The notes below the pieces were generated by a model. It saw only the letters and a list, made by a program, of their open reading frames with translations, searched no databases and was not told the origin of the DNA. 64,000 bases of DNA from Limnochordia bacterium (GTDB lineage: Bacteria > Bacillota > Limnochordia > DTU080). Location of the stretch: the NCBI GenBank assembly GCA_050951545.1, contig JBMNJG010000002.1:187258-251257 (forward strand), in the 5' to 3' direction. Numbering within the stretch: position 1 is the stretch's first letter; every line of letters starts with the position of its first letter. The translations under genes and the position numbers were made by a program. Positions 42,379-53,276 of the stretch are shown here, in pieces.

Positions 42379-42414
42379 AGGGTGACGCTGCGCGTGTCAA
42401 GCGCAGCGTCATTT
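42379..42414 (+). repeat. 3'-UTR hairpin, family A copy 3
   Basis: AGGGTGACGCTGCGC...GCGCAGCGTCATTT between convergent SBP and trpA. Confidence 0.55.
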
Positions 42415-42426
42415 CGTTGGAGTCTT

Positions 42427-43239
42427 CTATGCCGCATTATCCAGGGATTGTCGCAAGGATCGGACAAAGCATTCAGCCTCCGTGACCCCCTGAGCTGTTC
42501 CTCCGAGAGTGATAGTCCGGGCAACACGATCGATAAGGGCGCTCCCGACGATCACACCGTCTGCCGTTCGGGCGGCCTGCACAGCCTGCTCAGGGGTAGA
42601 GATACCGAAACCGACCATAAGTGGAGTCTCTGTCAGGTGTCGCACCCGCTGTAGGAACGTGGTCAGGGTATCCGATAGACCGGGACGCGCCCCAGTGACA
42701 CCGGTCAGACTGACACAGTAGATGAAGCCTGTAGCTAGTGTGCTGACCATATGCATGCGCTCGGGTGTGCTTGTGGGGGCGAGCATCTGAACCACCGTGA
42801 TGCCACGCTTACTGGCTTCTGCCCGTAAGCCCCCGGCTTCTTCCGGAGGTAGATCGGGTACCACCAGCCCGTCTACTCCGGCGTCTGCACACGCCTGTAC
42901 AAAGGGAGCCTCGCCCCGACGGTATATGGTGTTGTAGTAGGCGAGCAAGACAATAGGGATGGCACTGGTGCGGCGGATTTTCCGTGTCAGTTCTAGAATC
43001 CCAGCCAGGGTTGTTCCCGAGCGCAAAGATCTCTGTACGGCTTCTTGGACTGTAGGCCCATCCGCCAAGGGGTCAGAAAACGGGATGCCCAGTTCCAGAA
43101 GGTCCGCACCACCTCGCTCACAGGCCAAGGCGAGATCCAACGAGACTTCGAGGTCGGGATCACCAGCGGTCAGGTAGGGCATAAGGGCTTTGCGCCCTTC
43201 GTACTGTAGCCTCTGAAAGCAATCGGTTAGGCGACTCAT
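42427..43239 (-). CDS. trpA: Tryptophan synthase alpha chain
   Basis: [41 protein letters not shown]. Confidence 0.97.
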   Translation of the reverse strand: MSRLTDCFQRLQYEGRKALMPYLTAGDPDLEVSLDLALACERGGADLLELGIPFSDPLADGPTVQEAVQRSLRSGTTLAGILELTRKIRRTSAIPIVLLAYYNTIYRRGEAPFVQACADAGVDGLVVPDLPPEEAGGLRAEASKRGITVVQMLAPTSTPERMHMVSTLATGFIYCVSLTGVTGARPGLSDTLTTFLQRVRHLTETPLMVGFGISTPEQAVQAARTADGVIVGSALIDRVARTITLGGTAQGVTEAECFVRSLRQSLDNAA

Positions 43240-44426
43240 CGGTGTGCCTCCTGTTCCAGGTGATGCGCTACCTCGGCTGCGTCCTTATCACCGCGCCCTG
43301 AGATGTTGATCACGAGTAGCTTCTGGGAGTCCATCGCCGGGGCAATGCGGCAGGCGTGCGCTACGGCATGAGCGCTCTCTAGGGCTGGTATGATGCCCTC
43401 TGTCTCTGCGAGAAGCTGAAAGGCAGCGATCGCTTCGTCATCGGTTGCGGTTACATACTCGACCCTGCTTACGTCCTTTAGGTAACTGTGTTCCGGCCCG
43501 ACCCCGGGATAGTCTAAGCCCGCAGAGATCGAGTGAGCCTCCTGTACCTGTCCTTCGGCGTCCTGCAGTAGGTAGCTGAGTGCTCCGTGCAGGATGCCAG
43601 GGGTTCCGCAGCAGAGGCTCGCCGCGTGATACCCTGTGTGCAATCCGCAGCCAGCGGCCTCTACGCCGACCAGATGAACGGCTCGATTGTCAACAAACGG
43701 GTGGAAAACACCCATGGCATTGCTGCCGCCACCCACACAAGCGACAATCACATTGGGCAGATGCCCCTCTTGCGTTAGCGTTTGGTGCTGCGTCTCATAG
43801 CCGATGACCGCCTGGAAGTCACGCACCATCGTCGGATATGGGTGAGGTCCTACCACTGAGCCTAGCACGTAGTAGGTGTCTTTCACGTGCGTCACCCAGT
43901 CACGGATAGCTTCGCTGGTCGCATCTTTTAGTGTGCGTGTGCCTGTCTTGACTGGTCTCACTTCTGCGCCAAGCAGCTGCATGCGGAAGACGTTGAGGGC
44001 CTGGCGGCGCATGTCCTCCTGGCCCATGTAGACCACGCATTCCATGTCGAATAGGGCGCAAACAGTGGCTGTGGCTACTCCGTGTTGCCCTGCACCGGTC
44101 TCAGCGACTACGCGCTTCTTGCCCATTCGCCGGGCGAGCAAGATTTGACCCACGGTGTTGTTGATCTTATGGGCCCCCGTGTGGTTGAGATCCTCTCGCT
44201 TGAGATAGATTTTGGCGCCGCCAAGCCTTGCCGCTAAGCGATCCGCGCGGAACAAAGGCGTGGGGCGGCCGCAATAGGCGCTCAAGAGGTAGGAGAGCTC
44301 TTCCCGAAACTGGGATTGCTGACTAATGGTTTGGTAGGCTTCTTCTAGTTCCCGCAGGGCGGGCATCAAGACCTCGGGTACGTACTGGCCGCCATAGTCA
44401 CCAAAATGGCCGTTTCGCCTATGCAT
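43236..44426 (-). CDS. trpB: Tryptophan synthase beta chain
   Basis: [52 protein letters not shown]. Confidence 0.98.
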   Translation of the reverse strand: MHRRNGHFGDYGGQYVPEVLMPALRELEEAYQTISQQSQFREELSYLLSAYCGRPTPLFRADRLAARLGGAKIYLKREDLNHTGAHKINNTVGQILLARRMGKKRVVAETGAGQHGVATATVCALFDMECVVYMGQEDMRRQALNVFRMQLLGAEVRPVKTGTRTLKDATSEAIRDWVTHVKDTYYVLGSVVGPHPYPTMVRDFQAVIGYETQHQTLTQEGHLPNVIVACVGGGSNAMGVFHPFVDNRAVHLVGVEAAGCGLHTGYHAASLCCGTPGILHGALSYLLQDAEGQVQEAHSISAGLDYPGVGPEHSYLKDVSRVEYVTATDDEAIAAFQLLAETEGIIPALESAHAVAHACRIAPAMDSQKLLVINISGRGDKDAAEVAHHLEQEAHR

Positions 44427-45081
44427 CTGTGGTTTCCCTCTCTTTCACGTGGGTTGTCGCCTGCTGTACGAATTGCGCCATACGGGTGATGCATTTGCAC
44501 CCGGGATGGTTCTCTACTCCACTGCTGACATCGATTGCCCAGGGCGAGGCGGCTGCTATTGCGGCCCGGACGTTGCCCGGATGAAGGCCGCCAGCGAGAA
44601 CTGTCCGGTGTTGCTGCCCAACTCGCCTAGCGATCTGCCAGTCACACACTTGCCCAGTACCGCCCATACGTCTGGGGACATAGGCATCGAGAAGGAATGC
44701 TGCCAGGCCGCAATGGCTGTAACGCTCGATTTCGTCGAGTACACTAGCCCCGCGAACTCTAAAGGCCTTGATTACGGCCAAGCCACGATCGACACATGCT
44801 TGCACCAGCTCGGGCGGCTCCTGTCCGTGTAACTGGACGGTATCTAAACCGCCGTGATCAGCCGTCCGTAGGATGTCGTCGTAGCGGGCGTCGACAAAGA
44901 CTCCTACCTTCGAGACGAAGGGAGGCAAGCGCCGACAGATGGCTTTCACTGTGGCCAGCGGGATGTGACGAGGACTAGGCGCGCAGACAAAACCCAGCGC
45001 GTCGACACCCAGCTCTGCAGCGGCCATGGCATCGCCCACATTGGTCATCCCACATATTTTCACCCGCACCTTAGCCTGCAT
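44419..45081 (-). CDS. trpF: Phosphoribosylanthranilate isomerase
   Basis: VKICG, VQLHGQE, GGTG, LAGGL, DVSSGVE. Confidence 0.95.
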   Translation of the reverse strand: MQAKVRVKICGMTNVGDAMAAAELGVDALGFVCAPSPRHIPLATVKAICRRLPPFVSKVGVFVDARYDDILRTADHGGLDTVQLHGQEPPELVQACVDRGLAVIKAFRVRGASVLDEIERYSHCGLAAFLLDAYVPRRMGGTGQVCDWQIARRVGQQHRTVLAGGLHPGNVRAAIAAASPWAIDVSSGVENHPGCKCITRMAQFVQQATTHVKERETTDA

Positions 45082-45880
45082 GGCACGCCTCCGATCGCCC
45101 CAACAGGGTCTGTACCGCCTCGGCGGCGTCAGGCTGGCGCATCAAGGCTTCACCAACCAGCACAGCGTGCACGCCTAGCGCTGCCAGATGCAAGATATCC
45201 TCGAAGGAGGTGATCCCGCTCTCACTGACAAGTGTGCAGGTCGAAGGCACGAGATGCGTCAGTCGCTGAGTAGTGGTCAGCGACGTGCGAAACGTACTCA
45301 GATCGCGATTGTTGATGCCAATGATCTCAGCCCCAACAGCCAGGGCTACCTCCAGCTCTCTCTCGGTATGCACCTCCACCAAGGCAGCCATATCGAGGGC
45401 GCGGGCCAGGGTAAGCAGCTCAAGCAACTGGGCCTGTGGCAAGGCGGCCACGATGAGCAAGACAGCCGCCGCACCTGCGGCCCTGGCTTCGTACACCTGG
45501 TAGCAGTCGAGAATAAAGTCCTTGCGCAACACAGGCAGCCGCACCCGAGTGTGCACTTGGCGGAGGTGATCGAGTTCGCCGCCAAAGAAACGGCGGTCGG
45601 TCAGCACGGAGATAGCTGCCGCACCCGCTTGTTCGTAGCTATTGGCGATCCTCTCTGGATCGAAATCGCGACAGATCACGCCTCTGGAGGGCGATGCCTT
45701 CTTGATCTCAGCGATCAGCGCTGCGGGATGGCCACTGCGCAGTGCCTGTCGAAAGCACCTGCGCATGCTGTCTGACGCTTGGTTCTGGCAGCGGGCCATC
45801 AGAGTCTCCAGCGGCACGCGGCGTCGGCACTCTGCGATCTCTAGACGCTTGTGTTGCAGAATGCGGTCGAGAATCATCAC
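45071..45880 (-). CDS. trpC: Indole-3-glycerol-phosphate synthase
   Basis: IAEIKKASPSRG, SVLTD, LRKDF, GINNRDL, SESGI. Confidence 0.96.
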   Translation of the reverse strand: MMILDRILQHKRLEIAECRRRVPLETLMARCQNQASDSMRRCFRQALRSGHPAALIAEIKKASPSRGVICRDFDPERIANSYEQAGAAAISVLTDRRFFGGELDHLRQVHTRVRLPVLRKDFILDCYQVYEARAAGAAAVLLIVAALPQAQLLELLTLARALDMAALVEVHTERELEVALAVGAEIIGINNRDLSTFRTSLTTTQRLTHLVPSTCTLVSESGITSFEDILHLAALGVHAVLVGEALMRQPDAAEAVQTLLGRSEACHAG

Positions 45881-46944
45881 CTCGCCTCCCTCAAGCTCGA
45901 AGAACAGGAGTTAGTGAAATCGCGTAGGTCTTTGAGTTTGGCTAAGGCTTGACCCGAGTCGATAACCTCGCCAGCTAGCTGCACGCCTTCCCGCAGATCG
46001 GCAACTAAACCAGCCACGTGAAGTGCTGCACCAGCATTGAGAAGTACCACATCTCGGCATGGGCCTCTGACACCTTGCAGCACGTCCATGGTGATGCGGG
46101 CATTGGTTAGGGCATCCTCTCCGGCAATACTCTCGTGGGACAAGGTGCGCAATCCCCCGTCCTCGGGACGGATGTTGTAGTTGACCACCTCGCCATTCTT
46201 CATGTGAGACACTTGAGTGGGGCTGGAAATGGAGATCTCATCGAGGCGATCTAGGCCGTGAACGACAAGCGCTTCTCGTACACCGAGGCGAGCAAGTACG
46301 TGGGCCAGTGGCGCCGTCAAGTACGCTTCGTAGACCCCTACGACCTGTACGTCAGCGTGCGCTGGATTGGTCAAGGGGCCCAACAGGTTGAAGACCGTGC
46401 GTACACCGAGCTCGCGACGCGGTCCGATAGCGTGGCTCATCGCTTTGTGGAAAGTAGGGGCAAATAGGAAGCCCATGCCAACGCGACATATGGAGGCTTC
46501 CACTTCGTCGGGTTCCAGATCGATGCGTATGCCGAGAGCATCTAGCACGTCTGCGCTGCCGCAGCGGGAGGAGACCGAGCGATTGCCGTGCTTGGCCACT
46601 GAAAGACCCGCTCCAGCTACCACGAACGCTGCCGTGGTAGAGATGTTGAAGGTGTTAGCACCATCACCACCAGTGCCACAGGTATCTACCAGCATTGGTA
46701 CGTCAGGGCGGATTCTGGTGGCCTTTTCCCGGATAACCCTCGCGCAACCCGTGATTTCGTCTATGGTCTCGCCTTTCATCCGCAGGGCAGTCATGAAGGC
46801 AGCCACCTGTGCCGGGGTAGCCACCCCGTCCATGACATCGACCATGGCGGCTGCCGCTTCGGCCTCATCTAGGTTGATCCCCTCAACGAGTCGCTTGATG
46901 GCTTGCCGAATACCGATGGGCTGAAAACCGCTCTCGCCTGACAT
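45877..46944 (-). CDS. trpD: Anthranilate phosphoribosyltransferase
   Basis: DTCGTGGDG, FNIST, KHGNRSVSS..GSADVL, FNLLGPLTNP. Confidence 0.97.
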   Translation of the reverse strand: MSGESGFQPIGIRQAIKRLVEGINLDEAEAAAAMVDVMDGVATPAQVAAFMTALRMKGETIDEITGCARVIREKATRIRPDVPMLVDTCGTGGDGANTFNISTTAAFVVAGAGLSVAKHGNRSVSSRCGSADVLDALGIRIDLEPDEVEASICRVGMGFLFAPTFHKAMSHAIGPRRELGVRTVFNLLGPLTNPAHADVQVVGVYEAYLTAPLAHVLARLGVREALVVHGLDRLDEISISSPTQVSHMKNGEVVNYNIRPEDGGLRTLSHESIAGEDALTNARITMDVLQGVRGPCRDVVLLNAGAALHVAGLVADLREGVQLAGEVIDSGQALAKLKDLRDFTNSCSSSLREAR

Positions 46945-46967
46945 GGCATGTCATCCTCCTGACGTAA

Positions 46968-48483
46968 TCAGTGGCGTTGTACCGACGCTGCTTGTAGCAA
47001 GACTCGGGCCTTGCTTAAGGTTTCCTCGTACTCCTTTGCTGGATTGGAGGCGGCTACGATACCCGCACCAGCCTGCACATGGGCCAAACCATCCTTGACC
47101 ACCAGGGTCCGGATGGTGATACACGTGTTCATGACCTCACCAAACCCGATATGACCGACGCACCCAGCGTATGGACCTCGGCGCACAGGCTCCAGCTCAT
47201 CAATGATCTCCATGGCTCGGGCCCTGGGGGCCCCCGATACCGTGCCAGCGGGGAATGTGGCTCGCAGCAGGTCAAAGAGCGTACGCTCTTTGGCCAGGCG
47301 ACCCGTCACGTGCGACACCAGGTGCATCACGTGAGAGTAGCGTTCAATGCCCATCCTCTCATCGACCCGCACACTGCCTTCTTCACACACCTGCTCAAGG
47401 TCATTGCAGCCGAGATCGACCAGCATGAGATGCTCTGTGCGCTCTTTCTCATCGGCAAGCAGTTGGCGGGCGAGCTGAGCGTCCTCCTCGGGGTCGCTCC
47501 CTCTGGGGCGTGTACCAGCGATTGGGCGCACCGCTACCTGACCAGCCCGCGCTTGAACCATGAGCTCGGGCGACGAGCCTATCAGCTGAAAGCCCGGTAG
47601 CTGCAAATAGAACATATACGGGGAGGGGTTGAGGGTTCGCAAGACACGATAGATGTCGAGCGGTGCAGCCTCGATGGGCGTGCTCAATCGTTGCGACAGC
47701 ACGATCTGAGTCGCGTCTCCCTGGGCTATGCTGCGCTGACAGTGCTCCACAGCCGTCATGAACTGCTCTTGTGAAGCTACTGTGAAAAGGAGCCTCATCT
47801 TGGGGAAGGGCGAGGCGAGGTCTGGCAGGTTCTGGCTGACTCAGCCTGCCTAGTACGGCATCGATGGCCGCCAATCCGGCATCGTAGCAGCGATCAGGGT
47901 CGCCCTCTACTTGGGCGTTATGCACGATCTGTAGGGTGCGGTTGGCATGATCAAAGACCAGCATGGTATCGGTGAGAAGAAAGAGCATCTCCGGTAGCGC
48001 GAGATCATCGGGGGTATTGTCGGGTAGGTCGATGAAGGTGCGTGCTGCATCGTAGGCGAGATAGCCAATTGCTCCGCCGTAGAAAGGCGGCAGCCCCCGC
48101 ACTGGGGCCGGGTGATACTGAGCCATGAGTTCCTCGAGGGCACCCAGGGGGTCTGGCACTTGTGTGGTGCGCGTGCGCCCTTTTGTGCAGACTGTTACCT
48201 TCTGCCCATGACTAGAGAAGACTAGCGAAGCACTATTGCCCAGAAAGGAGAAACGACCGACCCGTTCTTCTTGCTCCACGCTTTCGAGCAGGTAGCATGT
48301 GTCATTCAGGCCGATCTTCAGCAGTGCCGACACGGGTGTGTCTAGATCGGCTAACACCTGGGTGTAGATCGGAATGACATTGTGACGGCGGGACAGGGTG
48401 CGAAACTCTTCGCGGTCAGGTGTCACCTCCGAGCGTTGTAAAGAGTAGTAGGGAAACGAACGAACTGCCAAGCCTCTCACCAT
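46968..48483 (-). CDS. trpE: Anthranilate synthase component I, frameshifted near 47770
   Basis: N-half LDTPVS, YLLES, GRFSF, FYGGAIGY; C-half NPSPYM, GSSPE, PIAGTRPRG, EHLMLVDL, YSHVMH, PAGTVSGAP, QAGAGIV. Confidence 0.92.
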
Positions 48484-48517
48484 CCTTTTTCTTGCAGGGT
48501 GGCGAGTAAGCGATCGG

Positions 48518-48554
48518 AAAAAAAGGCCAACCCCGACAGAGCGCGGCGTTGGCC
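48518..48554 (-). terminator. trp leader attenuator terminator
   Basis: GGCCAACGCCG...CGGGGTTGGCC followed by T7. Confidence 0.85.
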
Positions 48555-48585
48555 AATAGCTGAATACCACATAAGTGGATTGTGG

Positions 48586-48628
48586 CTCACCTCAGCTCAG
48601 CTTAGCTCCGACTCACTCAACTCTGCTC
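48586..48628 (-). promoter_or_regulatory. TRAP (MtrB) binding site: nine NAG triplets
   Basis: GAG ca GAG tt GAG t GAG tcg GAG ct AAG ct GAG ct GAG gt GAG. Confidence 0.8.
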
Positions 48629-48700
48629 ACCATCGCCCAGACTGGGCGTCCCTTGGCGATCAGTCCTCCGACTAATCTTCAACCAAGGGATATTTCCATC

Positions 48701-48729
48701 ATTGTACGCATAGAAGCGTGTAGTGTCAA
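48701..48729 (-). promoter_or_regulatory. Sigma-A promoter of the trp operon
   Basis: TTGACA-17 nt-TACAAT. Confidence 0.85.
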
Positions 48730-48929
48730 CTCCAAAACCGCTTTGCTGGCTCGTTATTCGTGCAGACCAGTAAGCTGCGCCTGTGCGATTTGCAGCTCAT
48801 CAGGGGCAAATTGTCCTGGCAGCACGGTCAGTCTGCACCAGTGGGCTGGAGTATCTTCAGGTACTTCTGCGACAAGGGTCAGCCCACGAAGTTCTTCCGG
48901 TGTATGCTCGAGCTCCTGCACTGTGTAGG

Positions 48930-49764
48930 GGAGCTATCGGTGATCTTCCACCAGTCCTCTACTCTAAAGGAGAGAGCATGGGTGGCAAGGGTACCATCGA
49001 CCGTGCGATGAGGAGACGATGGGTATCATCGGTTAGCATGTAGGTATCGAGCAGGAGTTCTTCAGGCATTGCTGGACCACTAAAGAGCGGCTCACCATCA
49101 ATGCGAACCGATGCCATCTCCAGCTTGGCAGAAGCGGGTACACCGACCTTGATGCCGATCGGCACGACGCCACGTACCGCTTGTCCGTGTGGTGATGGCC
49201 AGTTGACGTCGAACGTAATTCGCCCCAGGGTCGGCCACAGACGCTCGCTCGCCTCGACAGTCTCCTGCCAGACGTGTAGTGGCTTGATGTCAGGGGCGAG
49301 GGAGGCTGCCTGATTGTCCGCCAGCGGCACCAGTTGCACCACGATACGAGTGTCGGTCACATCCTCAAGATGAATCGCCAGTTCTCTTATTCCGACATTC
49401 GCATTTTGCCCTTCCGCACGGGTGCGATAGTAAGTCCATCGTTGACCGCTTCCTCGGAGCAACATGGATGTTGCGACCCCGACGAAGCGCACAGCGCTAG
49501 TGACGAAAACCGCAATGAACGCTCGCCCTTACGGGCGTTCGCCTCATCAAGTTCGTGAACGGCACCCCTGTTGGCGAAATTGCGTCGCCAGCCATCCATT
49601 TCTTTCTCGAATCCCGGGTTGGCCAATAGGTTGACACCAACAGACGCGTCGTCGTCCCCGTCGCCTAGCGGCATGGTAGCTAATGACTTAGGGGTGAACA
49701 AAACAAGGGCGCTAGCCAAGACGAGAATGAAGCCAACCGTTGTTCGTGTTAGGCGCGATTTCAT
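48930..49764 (-). pseudogene. Fragmented secreted protein (CBM4/9-like + Ig-like + start of shared C-terminal module)
   Basis: Signal peptide plus NLLANPGFE, then frame changes; SPHGQAVRG...LLLDTYMLTDDTH...EDWW. Confidence 0.6.
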
Positions 49765-50927
49765 GGGGCATTCCCCTTCAGACTGCGCAAGGCTTTCACG
49801 CTCTCTTCGACCAGCACTGCCGGAGCTGCAGCAGTAATCCGGATCTCTTGGTCCCGGACCCGCGCCCCAACCTCATAGCCACCCTCCTCGAAAGCTTGCG
49901 CTGTCGGTACATATCCCTGATAGCCGTTGGCGTATCCTACGGGGATGGTGAGGCCGAAGGGCGACTGCTCTTGAATCGACATGCCCAGCTCTATGAACAC
50001 TTCAGCTGGCAACCCAATCAGAGCCACCTCACCGATACTGGCGGCATGCACTTTCATCGCAATACCGGTGGAATCGGAGTCAGCAGGCAGTGTGAAGGCG
50101 TGCTGCAGGGAGGCGAGCTTCGGGGTTAGCTCCTGCCCGTCCACGGATGATAGCAGGGCCTTCATGACCGCCGCGCCCAGGTAGTCGCCCAAGCGATCAA
50201 CCGCGGCGAAGTCTGCCCCATGGGGGTTGGAGTTGATATTGCCAGCACATCCGTTGGCGAAGATGGCGATACCTCCGGTCTGCTCCTCAATATAACGCGC
50301 CGCTGCGCCGGGGAAATCACCCGAGATCAGGTAGTTGCTCGAGCCCATGACAACGGCGTGACATGGATGGCAAAACCAGACGGCCATCGTCTTCCCTTGG
50401 GCGTCGGTTACCTCGAGGATGTCCACCCACGGATAGACAGGCTGGTCGGGATCTTGCCCGAGAACCACGCGTCCGTCGCGCCACTCGCGCCTATTGATGC
50501 CGCACTGCGCCTGCTCCCGATGGTAGAGGATGCGGGCGGGTGTAGCTGAGCTCTTGGCCCAGGTGACGGCACCTACTAGCTTGTCTTCGACAACAGCTAC
50601 GTTGTTGGCGGTCACCGCATCGACATCGCTGCTACGGACATCAGGTCCAGAGTGGGTGTGCGTCGCCGCGATAAACACATGTGACCCTGGGATACCCGTC
50701 TGCTCTTCAACACGCTGGCGTACCCGCTCGACCACTGGGCTGCGTAGACCGACCGTTTCGACTCCCAGCAGGACGAAGTTGACTTCGCCGTCTGTCAGAT
50801 AGAGTGCTCTTGCCCATATCTCATCACGAATCCCTACTGCACCATGCTTTCTCGATCCATACCCAGCCATACGACAACCAATAGCTGGCGTAATGTTGAC
50901 TTTGGCCACGCCTGCCTCAAAGGCCAT
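49761..50927 (-). CDS. Neutral/alkaline ceramidase N-terminal-domain hydrolase
   Basis: AGVAKVNITP, MAGYGSR, ATHTHSGP, NRR, CH, ISGDFPG, GYVPT..AFEEGGYE. Confidence 0.8.
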   Translation of the reverse strand: MAFEAGVAKVNITPAIGCRMAGYGSRKHGAVGIRDEIWARALYLTDGEVNFVLLGVETVGLRSPVVERVRQRVEEQTGIPGSHVFIAATHTHSGPDVRSSDVDAVTANNVAVVEDKLVGAVTWAKSSATPARILYHREQAQCGINRREWRDGRVVLGQDPDQPVYPWVDILEVTDAQGKTMAVWFCHPCHAVVMGSSNYLISGDFPGAAARYIEEQTGGIAIFANGCAGNINSNPHGADFAAVDRLGDYLGAAVMKALLSSVDGQELTPKLASLQHAFTLPADSDSTGIAMKVHAASIGEVALIGLPAEVFIELGMSIQEQSPFGLTIPVGYANGYQGYVPTAQAFEEGGYEVGARVRDQEIRITAAAPAVLVEESVKALRSLKGNAP

Positions 50928-51109
50928 GGGTGCTCGCCTCCTCGTAAGTTACTTCCAGTGAAACAAATACCGTATACATAGAGATTCTCCTGTATATGGC
51001 GTGCAATATCGACGTGAAGGCCTGCACAGAAGGAGTTGGTTTATCACAGGAGACCCTGGGTCTTCTGCAGAAAGGAACAACTCGTGATCCTCTGACAAGG
51101 AGCTGGATA

Positions 51110-52138
51110 ATGAAACGACTGGGTCTCTCTTTGGTAGGGTGCGGGGGCATTGCCGACGCGCACCTCAGGGCCGTGAGTCTGTTGGAGTCGCAAGTGCGAT
51201 TGGTCAGCACTGTGGATGTTGATGAAGCGAGGGCGCAGGCTGCTGCAAAGAAGTACGGAGCAGCCTACTGGAGTACAGACTACCAGAAGGCCTTCTCCGA
51301 TGAAGCGGTGGATGCCGCTATCTTGTGCCTTCCTCACGATCTGCATGCCCCTGTGGCTACAGCCGCGGCGGAAGCGGGTCTGCACGTGCTCTGCGAGAAG
51401 CCGTTGTCTTTAGATGCAGTCGAAGGATGGCAGATGGTGCGAAGCTTTGAGCAAGTAGACAGAGTGCTCATGGTCGGTCACAGCCGGCGTTTTTCGCCCG
51501 GGGCCGCTCAAGCTCGAGAGATAGTGCAAAGCGGTCAGCTTGGCACCATCTTGCACGTACACAGCAGCCTTCTTTCATATATTCAGCAGGCTTCCACGGA
51601 GTGGAGACGCCGCAACGAATGCTCCGGGGGCTATATGGTTCCCATCTTTGGCACTCATCTTGTAGACCTGCTTTTGTGGGTCACGGATCTGGTGCCATTG
51701 CGGGTGTACTGTGAGCTTTCGTCCTATCGCGAGGAATGGGAGGGCGATGACGAGGTAAGCATCACTCTCGCTCTGGGCGACAAGCAGGGGCGGATGATCC
51801 CAGCCTCGGTGCAACTGTCGGCCAATTGCCGCATGCACGATTCACGACCACAGAGTCGTGATGAACTGGTTGTGGGAGGTTTGGAGCATACCCTTACCTA
51901 CAATCACTCTGGTCGCCTGTTCTTGGATGGCACCCCTGTGCCGCTGCAACCTTCGGAGCAGGCGGCTCTTCCTACGTTTGCCCGCCAGTTGCAGGAGTTC
52001 GTAAGTGCGATTGACGAGGGACGTCCACCAGTCTCATCGGGCCATGAGGCAGCTCGGGTCATGGAGGTCTTGGACGCAGCACATAAGTCTGCCAGGGAGC
52101 ATGTGGTAGTGGTACTGAACTCTGGTGACACGAAGTAG
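51110..52138 (+). CDS. Gfo/Idh/MocA oxidoreductase
   Basis: VGCGGIA, HVLCEKP, GTHLVD. Confidence 0.9.
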   Translation: MKRLGLSLVGCGGIADAHLRAVSLLESQVRLVSTVDVDEARAQAAAKKYGAAYWSTDYQKAFSDEAVDAAILCLPHDLHAPVATAAAEAGLHVLCEKPLSLDAVEGWQMVRSFEQVDRVLMVGHSRRFSPGAAQAREIVQSGQLGTILHVHSSLLSYIQQASTEWRRRNECSGGYMVPIFGTHLVDLLLWVTDLVPLRVYCELSSYREEWEGDDEVSITLALGDKQGRMIPASVQLSANCRMHDSRPQSRDELVVGGLEHTLTYNHSGRLFLDGTPVPLQPSEQAALPTFARQLQEFVSAIDEGRPPVSSGHEAARVMEVLDAAHKSAREHVVVVLNSGDTK

Positions 52139-52157
52139 GAAGCAAGGAGGGCGCGAC

Positions 52158-53276
52158 GTGTTAGATCAGATACGGTCGGGTAGGAATCTACCTGTGCCAG
52201 ATTTCTGGCGAGGAACTGTTGAGGACGTGGATCAGGCCCTCAGTGGTGTCACCTGTGGAGAGGTACTCTCCTTGCGGAAAAGTGCCGGGGGGTGCCAGTT
52301 GCGTGCTGTCGCCTATGGTAAGCAGTCTCCCTTGCATCGGACCGCCAATCTGAACTCTGCTTTCGGAGCTTCCGTGCCCAGGGCATACGTGGCCAAAGAG
52401 AAGCGCCAGCCGAGCTTGATGCTTGTTGGGGGCACCCACGGCTCTGAGATGGAGGGAATAGTAGGCCTCGTCAACCTCATCCATGTCATGGAGTCAGGGT
52501 GCGACCTGCTGGGTAGATCGTGGGGGAACTTGCGGGCTCTAGCAGAGGGAGTTCGGCTCACTATCGTGCCCTGCCTCAATCCGGACGGTCGGGCCCGGGT
52601 TCGTCTGAAGAGCTACGTGGGTGAGACAGCGAAGACCTATCGTTACTGGATGCAGGGAACGCATGCAGATGGTACTTTGTACTCATGGCCTGAGGTCAAG
52701 GAGTTTCATCCGATTCAAGATGTAGGCTTTCTTGGCGGGTACTTCAATGATGATCACATCAATCCGATGCATGACGATTTCTTCACTAACCCTTGCGCGG
52801 AAGTTCTTTCGCTGATGGAGTTTGCCGATAGCGAAGCCCCTGATCTCGTCGTCTTACTGCATAGTGCTGCAGATTCGCCATTCCATTTCTGCTCAATAGC
52901 GCATCTGCCTTCGGCACACCAGGAGGCGATATACCGGTTGTCCGGACGGGTGGCGAGCAGAATGGCTGAGCAGCAGCTCCCCTTCCGCGCGTTGCCCGGC
53001 CCGCAGTTGCAGCAGAAGGGTTACTCCGAGCAGTTTAACTTGCCCAGGGCCCTTCATCACCATTGTGGAGCAGCCACACTGACTATCGAGAGCTGCGCGG
53101 GAATTGAGGCGGATCAAGCTGAGCTGGAATTGGAGTGGCAGCAGATACTGGACGGGCACTTTATCCTTTTTGAGGAGCTGCTTACTGGCGTAAAGGCTGA
53201 TTTTCGCAAGTACGCGCAGCCGTTCTTGGATGATTCTCTGGGGAGGCCATCACATGCTGAGGTATCGGATAAGTGA
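52158..53276 (+). CDS. M14-like zinc carboxypeptidase/deacylase
   Basis: GGTHGSEMEG (HxxE), PCLNPDG, LLHS. Confidence 0.75.
   Translation: MLDQIRSGRNLPVPDFWRGTVEDVDQALSGVTCGEVLSLRKSAGGCQLRAVAYGKQSPLHRTANLNSAFGASVPRAYVAKEKRQPSLMLVGGTHGSEMEGIVGLVNLIHVMESGCDLLGRSWGNLRALAEGVRLTIVPCLNPDGRARVRLKSYVGETAKTYRYWMQGTHADGTLYSWPEVKEFHPIQDVGFLGGYFNDDHINPMHDDFFTNPCAEVLSLMEFADSEAPDLVVLLHSAADSPFHFCSIAHLPSAHQEAIYRLSGRVASRMAEQQLPFRALPGPQLQQKGYSEQFNLPRALHHHCGAATLTIESCAGIEADQAELELEWQQILDGHFILFEELLTGVKADFRKYAQPFLDDSLGRPSHAEVSDK

Noticed and set aside
48470-48700. T-box or leader-peptide control of trp
   Set aside because: No T-box consensus (GGTGGTACCGCG-like) and no Trp-rich leader peptide seen; the GAG triplet tract explains the leader.
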